Positions 59,598 to 64,000 of a stretch of 64,000 nt of DNA are shown piece by piece (within the stretch, counting starts at the first letter, position 1; the number at the start of each line of letters is the position of its first letter). The translations under genes and the position numbers were made by a program. Below the pieces are notes generated by a model. The model was not told the origin of the DNA, did no database searches, and saw only the letters and a list, made by a program, of their open reading frames with translations. This DNA comes from Candidatus Saccharimonadota bacterium (lineage in GTDB: Bacteria > Patescibacteriota > Saccharimonadia > Saccharimonadales > Saccharimonadaceae): assembly GCA_017455145.1 (NCBI GenBank), contig JAFTBP010000007.1, positions 19,505-83,504 on the forward strand. The letters are read 5' to 3'.

Positions 59598-60779
59598 ATG
59601 ACAAAACCAGAAACTAAAAAGGTTAATCTTGGGAGCGCACTTGTTGGTGGATTTATTGCGCTAGTCATTGGTGTCTTTATTGGTATCGGCTGGAACAAAA
59701 TCGCCCCAAATTTCTTGCCGTATCTTGGATTCAAAATTACTGCTACCAACGATTGGAGCGAACTAGACGAAGTTTATTCAGAATTAGTATCTAAATACGA
59801 TGGCGCCGTAGATAAAGCCTCCGCCATAGAAGGCGCCAAAAAGGGAATTGCCGCTTCCGTAGGCGACGTCTATACGGCCTATATGACCGCAGAAGAAGCG
59901 ACGGATTTCAACAAATCATTACACGGTGAAGTCGGCTCCGGTATCGGCGTTGTACTTGCAAAACGTGATGGTTACATTCGCATCGTCCGCACATTACCAG
60001 ACAACCCCGCAAGCAAAGCGGGTGTGCTCGCTGGCGATATTATCTACAAAATTAATGGCGAGTCCGTCTATAATTTAGAAGCCGACGAAATTGCCACCAA
60101 ACTTCGCGGCACTTCCGGCACAGAAGTAGGATTATCCGTAGTCCGCGACGGGGAAGAAAAATCATTCAAAATGACCCGCGAAGAAATCAACAACGTTTCC
60201 GCCTATCTAGAATATAACGGCAATACCGCTATTATTCACGTTACCCGTTTTGATAATGATACCGGCAAACTCGTCCGCGATTTTACCAAAGAATTTAAAA
60301 GCAAAAATATAGACAAAGTCATTCTGGACTTGCGCGACAATGGTGGTGGCTATGTCTCTGCTGCCAAAGATTTGCTTAGTCTTTGGATAGACAGCAAAGC
60401 CGTCCTAGTTCAAAAATCCAGCAAACTTCCAGAGGAAACCACCTACGCTTCTCACGGCGTAGCCGACCTTGCCGATATGAAAACCGTCGTCCTAGTAAAC
60501 GGTAGCACTGCCTCCGCCTCAGAAATCGTCGCTGGCGCACTCAAAGATTATGACAAAGCCACTCTTATCGGCGAAAAAACTTACGGCAAAGGCGTCGTCC
60601 AACAACTAGTCAACTTGTCTGGTGGCACACTCCTTAAAGTTACTACCGCCCACTGGTATACTCCAAACGGCAACACCATAAACGGGACCGGCATCACTCC
60701 AGACATAGAAGTCACCCGCTCTTATGAAGACATCAACAAAAGTCGTGACCCACAACTAGATCGTGCTCTGGAATTTTAG
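59598..60779 (+). CDS. S41 family C-terminal processing peptidase
   Basis: PDZ domain, LDLRDNGGG, TASASEI, GEKTYGKG. Confidence 0.93.
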   Translation: MTKPETKKVNLGSALVGGFIALVIGVFIGIGWNKIAPNFLPYLGFKITATNDWSELDEVYSELVSKYDGAVDKASAIEGAKKGIAASVGDVYTAYMTAEEATDFNKSLHGEVGSGIGVVLAKRDGYIRIVRTLPDNPASKAGVLAGDIIYKINGESVYNLEADEIATKLRGTSGTEVGLSVVRDGEEKSFKMTREEINNVSAYLEYNGNTAIIHVTRFDNDTGKLVRDFTKEFKSKNIDKVILDLRDNGGGYVSAAKDLLSLWIDSKAVLVQKSSKLPEETTYASHGVADLADMKTVVLVNGSTASASEIVAGALKDYDKATLIGEKTYGKGVVQQLVNLSGGTLLKVTTAHWYTPNGNTINGTGITPDIEVTRSYEDINKSRDPQLDRALEF

Positions 60780-60804
60780 TTCATAATCTGCTATTATCTA
60801 TACA

Positions 60805-61017
60805 ATGGTTGTTAAAGTATATTCTACTAGTTGGTGTCCTTATTGCCACGTCTTAATGGACTGGCTTGATACTCTTGGCGTAAAATACGAAGAGATTGAT
60901 GCTGAGGGTATGGACCTCCAAGCTGTCCCAGTTACCGAAATCGGCGACGAAAAAATCGTCGGGCTAGACCGTCCCGCTATCAAAAAAGCCCTAAAATCCG
61001 CGGGGCTCCTCAAATGA
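60805..61017 (+). CDS. Glutaredoxin/NrdH-like redoxin
   Basis: YST.WCPYC, VPV motifs. Confidence 0.88.
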   Translation: MVVKVYSTSWCPYCHVLMDWLDTLGVKYEEIDAEGMDLQAVPVTEIGDEKIVGLDRPAIKKALKSAGLLK

Positions 61018-61736
61018 AAAAACAGAACCTAGTTTTTATCCACGGTTTTCGTGGAAGCTCACTTGGCTTGGAAGAATTATCAAAATGCTTTGACAAAAAG
61101 AAGTTCAATATCTACCTCCCCGATCTTCCGCCTGCCGGAGAGAACAGCCTACCAGAATACTCCGCCCGTCATTACGCTCGCTTCGTCGCAAACTACATCA
61201 AGTCCAAAAAAATCAAAGACCCCATTCTCATTGGGCATTCTATGGGTTCTATTATCGTCGCCGCTACCGCCGAACGCTATCCAGAACTCCTCGGCGACAA
61301 AATTGTATTTCTCTCCCCCATCTCCGTCCACCCAGGTCTCTTTTTCAAAGCACTCACTCCGCTTTCCGCACTCTTGCCTAACAAACTCGTAGGATATATT
61401 ACTACCAAATATCTCATCATTCCAAAAGACAAAGGTTTACTCCGCCGTACGCTTCTCACTACCTACCATTGTGGCGCAGACCAAAAAAATAAACGCGATA
61501 CTTATAAATCCGCCAAGTTCTCCTGCGAATACGCTATCTCCGATTTTGCTTTTGACAAGACTCCTATTTTTATCTCCGGAGCCAAAGATCGCCTCATTCC
61601 AAAGAAAAAGACCATAGATGTTGCTCATACATTTAATGATGCTGATACCGTCTGGATAGAAAACGCCGGTCACCTTCTAAACTACGAACAGCCAAAGAAA
61701 ACCGCTTCCGCCATCAAAAGTTTCCTCAAAAAATAA
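61014..61736 (+). CDS. Alpha/beta hydrolase
   Basis: FIHGF, GHSMG, G.KD, AGH. Confidence 0.88.
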   Translation: MKKQNLVFIHGFRGSSLGLEELSKCFDKKKFNIYLPDLPPAGENSLPEYSARHYARFVANYIKSKKIKDPILIGHSMGSIIVAATAERYPELLGDKIVFLSPISVHPGLFFKALTPLSALLPNKLVGYITTKYLIIPKDKGLLRRTLLTTYHCGADQKNKRDTYKSAKFSCEYAISDFAFDKTPIFISGAKDRLIPKKKTIDVAHTFNDADTVWIENAGHLLNYEQPKKTASAIKSFLKK

Positions 61737-61750
61737 CGCTGAGCCCAGCG

Positions 61751-63013
61751 TTATTTTTCTTTGTCCGCAAGCCTTATCGCTGTCTGATATATTTCCTCAA
61801 ACCGCGACAAAGTATGATTGATATCGTGCTTTTTTGCTATTTCTATACTGCCGGCGCTATATTGTTTATGAAGTGTCTTATCACCGATAATCTTCACCAT
61901 AGCCTTCGCCATCTGGTTAATATTACCAGGCTTACATAATATCCCATTCTTCTTGTTCTGACACAATTCTCTTACGGCACCAGCATCCACCGCAACCAGT
62001 GGCAACCCTGTCGCCGCCGCTTCTATTAAGACAATACCTTGTGTTTCCGTCTCACTTGCCGTCGCAAAAAGCGTACCAGTTTTATAGATTTCATACAAAT
62101 CTGGTGGCATCACTCGTCCTAAGAATCGTACTTCATCCTCTAGACCCCTTTCCGCTACTAATTTTTCTATTCTCGGTTTCGCTATTCCATCGCCCACAAT
62201 TAAAAGTTCCGCTTCCGGCACTCTCTTGCTCATGGCCGCAAATGCTTCCACTACGTTTTCTATACTTTTTTCTGGGTCCACACGCCCTACGTATAGCACG
62301 CGTGGCTTTTTTATGTCTATATTGTATTTCCGTAAAATCTCCGTGCTAGGCTTTCCGGGCTTAAATTCTGATAAATCTACTCCATTAGATAATGCTTCTA
62401 CTGGCACCTTAAAATGTTTCCGATTTTTCGGTACCAAATCTTCTATCGCCATCTCTGTTGGCATTGTAGCGTATTCTGCGTGTTTCAAAAAACTCGCCAT
62501 ATAGGCCCTTACCGTTGCGTCCACTGGTTTTTTGACAGGCTTTAAGAATTTGAACTGCCCCGTAATATTGTCTGGATAGGCGTGCCCGGTTGTCACGAGT
62601 GGGGTACCGTGTTTTCTAACATAATGTATTATTGCTATTGCGATAGTCTCCGCCGTCTGAAGATGTATCACGTCCGGTTGGAATTCGTCTAACACTTTCT
62701 TTACTTCCGTCAACGCCCTCGTGGACCACCAAATTCCATTCTTGTACGTAAGTCTTGGCATAGGTAATCCCAAAAACTCTTTCTTTTCCGGCACAGCATT
62801 AATTTGGTCCGGATAAAACGGAAACTTAGCCGACGTTAAATGTACTGTTTTTACACCTTCGTCATTATCAATATGAAATTTTCCATCAAAACTTGGCGCA
62901 ATCACTAGGACTTCGTGCCCACGCTTTCTTAATCCTAGTGCAAGATTATGCGAAAAAACCGCCACCCCATTCGTCATCGGATAGTAGATATCAGAGGCAA
63001 TCGCAATTCTCAT
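61751..63013 (-). CDS. GT4 family glycosyltransferase
   Basis: D.YYP..NGV, YVGRVDPEK, ETQGIVLIEA. Confidence 0.9.
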   Translation of the reverse strand: MRIAIASDIYYPMTNGVAVFSHNLALGLRKRGHEVLVIAPSFDGKFHIDNDEGVKTVHLTSAKFPFYPDQINAVPEKKEFLGLPMPRLTYKNGIWWSTRALTEVKKVLDEFQPDVIHLQTAETIAIAIIHYVRKHGTPLVTTGHAYPDNITGQFKFLKPVKKPVDATVRAYMASFLKHAEYATMPTEMAIEDLVPKNRKHFKVPVEALSNGVDLSEFKPGKPSTEILRKYNIDIKKPRVLYVGRVDPEKSIENVVEAFAAMSKRVPEAELLIVGDGIAKPRIEKLVAERGLEDEVRFLGRVMPPDLYEIYKTGTLFATASETETQGIVLIEAAATGLPLVAVDAGAVRELCQNKKNGILCKPGNINQMAKAMVKIIGDKTLHKQYSAGSIEIAKKHDINHTLSRFEEIYQTAIRLADKEK

Positions 63014-63034
63014 ATGATATAATTATATCATATG
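63011..63034. promoter_or_regulatory. Perfect 24-bp palindrome forming a bidirectional leaderless promoter
   Basis: CATATGATATAATTATATCATATG; both divergent start codons are its ends. Confidence 0.75.
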
Positions 63035-63442
63035 AAAAAAGGCCCTACAGACAACGTTACCGTCAACCGTCGCGCTAGATATGACTATCAACTCGGCGAA
63101 AACCTTTTGTGTGGTATGAGCCTGACCGGACTTGAAGTTCGCGCCATTCGTGACCATCACGTTCAACTAAAAGGTTCTTTTGTAACCTTAAAAGACGGGG
63201 AATTATGGCTAAACAATCTCACCCTCGGTGCCGAAACCGCCAGAAATATCAAACTTCTCGTTACTAAGCGTCAACTACGAGACCTTGCCCGCGCTCGCCA
63301 AGACGGATATGCTCTAGTCCCAGTTAAACTACTCGGCGGAGACAGACATATCAAACTCGTTATTGCTACTGCTCGCGGTAAAAAGAAATATGACAAACGT
63401 GAAACCATCAAAAAACGCGACTACGATAGAGGGAGGGCCTAA
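63032..63442 (+). CDS. smpB: SsrA-binding protein SmpB
   Basis: NRRARYDY, G..L.G.EV.AIR, ARGKKKYDKRETIKKRD. Confidence 0.95.
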   Translation: MKKGPTDNVTVNRRARYDYQLGENLLCGMSLTGLEVRAIRDHHVQLKGSFVTLKDGELWLNNLTLGAETARNIKLLVTKRQLRDLARARQDGYALVPVKLLGGDRHIKLVIATARGKKKYDKRETIKKRDYDRGRA

Positions 63443-63444
63443 TA

Positions 63445-64000
63445 ATGTCTAGTTATAATATCTTCTCTTGGAATGTCAACGGTATCAGGGCAATCACCAA
63501 AAAGGGCGCCCTAAAGAATTTTATTGAGGTAAAAAATCCTGACATTCTCTGTATCCAAGAAACCAAAGCAAAACAAGGTCAAGCAGAAATAGACCTAGAA
63601 GAATACAAAGAAATTTGGAATTCTGCTTCTCGCGCCGGCTATTCTGGTACCGCCATTTTTACTAAACCCGAGCCACTACAAACCATCTATGGTTTTTCCG
63701 AGAATATTAACAGTGGCTACAACTGGCAAGAAGACGCCTATGGTGACCCACTCTCAGAAGGAAGAGTTCTAACCGCCGAATATCCAGAATTTTTCCTTGT
63801 TACCGTTTATACACCAAACAGCAAACACGAACTGACCCGCCTAAAGCTCCGCGAATTACTTTGGGATCCAGCCTTCCTAAAATATCTAAAAGAACTAGAA
63901 GCGTCCAAACCCATTGTCGTCTGTGGCGATTTCAATGCCGCTCACACCGAAATAGATCTCGCTCGTCCCAAAGATAACGAGCTGAATGCTGGCTACACTA
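63445..64000 (+). CDS. xth: Exodeoxyribonuclease III, 3'-truncated by window edge
   Basis: SWNVNGIRA, CIQETK, GYSGTA, EGRV, YTPNS, CGDFNAAH.EIDL. Confidence 0.92.
   Translation, partial: MSSYNIFSWNVNGIRAITKKGALKNFIEVKNPDILCIQETKAKQGQAEIDLEEYKEIWNSASRAGYSGTAIFTKPEPLQTIYGFSENINSGYNWQEDAYGDPLSEGRVLTAEYPEFFLVTVYTPNSKHELTRLKLRELLWDPAFLKYLKELEASKPIVVCGDFNAAHTEIDLARPKDNELNAGYT

Noticed and set aside
1-64000. CRISPR array, integrase, transposase, reverse transcriptase or prophage
   Set aside because: No regularly spaced repeat-spacer array and no ORF with the relevant motifs were seen; the phage-type lysozyme domain at 25414-26556 belongs to a YabE/RpfB-like housekeeping gene
1-64000. Alternative genetic code 25 (TGA=Gly) as in Gracilibacteria/Absconditabacteria
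   Set aside because: upp and ftsX end at TGA at their expected C-termini, and conserved genes have no in-frame TGA
1-64000. Plus strand looks C-rich although it carries most genes (possible unusual GC skew)
   Set aside because: Visual impression only; it cannot be quantified here or related to the replication origin

Overview
Bacterial chromosome segment in standard code 11 (TGA is used as a stop). It most resembles a host-associated Patescibacteria/Saccharibacteria (TM7) genome, inferred from compact gene packing, reduced glycolytic and repair genes and many surface proteins. Most of the window is housekeeping: clpC/clpP, ruvABC, radA, pyk, pgk, rnj, rsmA, metG, pheST, sbcB, uvrA, rplY, rpmA, rarA, upp, hisS, prfB, ftsEX, smpB, xth and 7 tRNAs. 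Many genes appear to be transcribed leaderless from TGnTATAAT promoters. The main discovery is a 682-aa surface protein (52208-54256, minus strand) whose ~80-codon Fib_succ_major/C-type-lectin-like C-terminal segment exists in three indel-free variant copies: the expressed one, an out-of-frame tandem copy 250 bp downstream, and a promoterless orphan 32 kb away behind pgk. The copies share a near-identical 61-67 bp 5' anchor and differ with a pattern typical of diversity-generating retroelements (DGRs), i.e. changes at codon positions 1-2. No template repeat or reverse transcriptase is present in the window. This suggests a cassette-exchange adhesin diversification system, possibly linked to a pilin-like gene whose promoter carries a poly-G tract. 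Other notable items: a covarying hairpin element fused to two tRNA 3' ends, two candidate structured RNAs, an orphan antitoxin with a vestigial toxin start, a perfect 24-bp palindromic bidirectional promoter, a CIRCE-controlled clpC and a pseudo-PfkB/aldolase fusion. All family assignments come from motif recognition by eye; no database searches were run.
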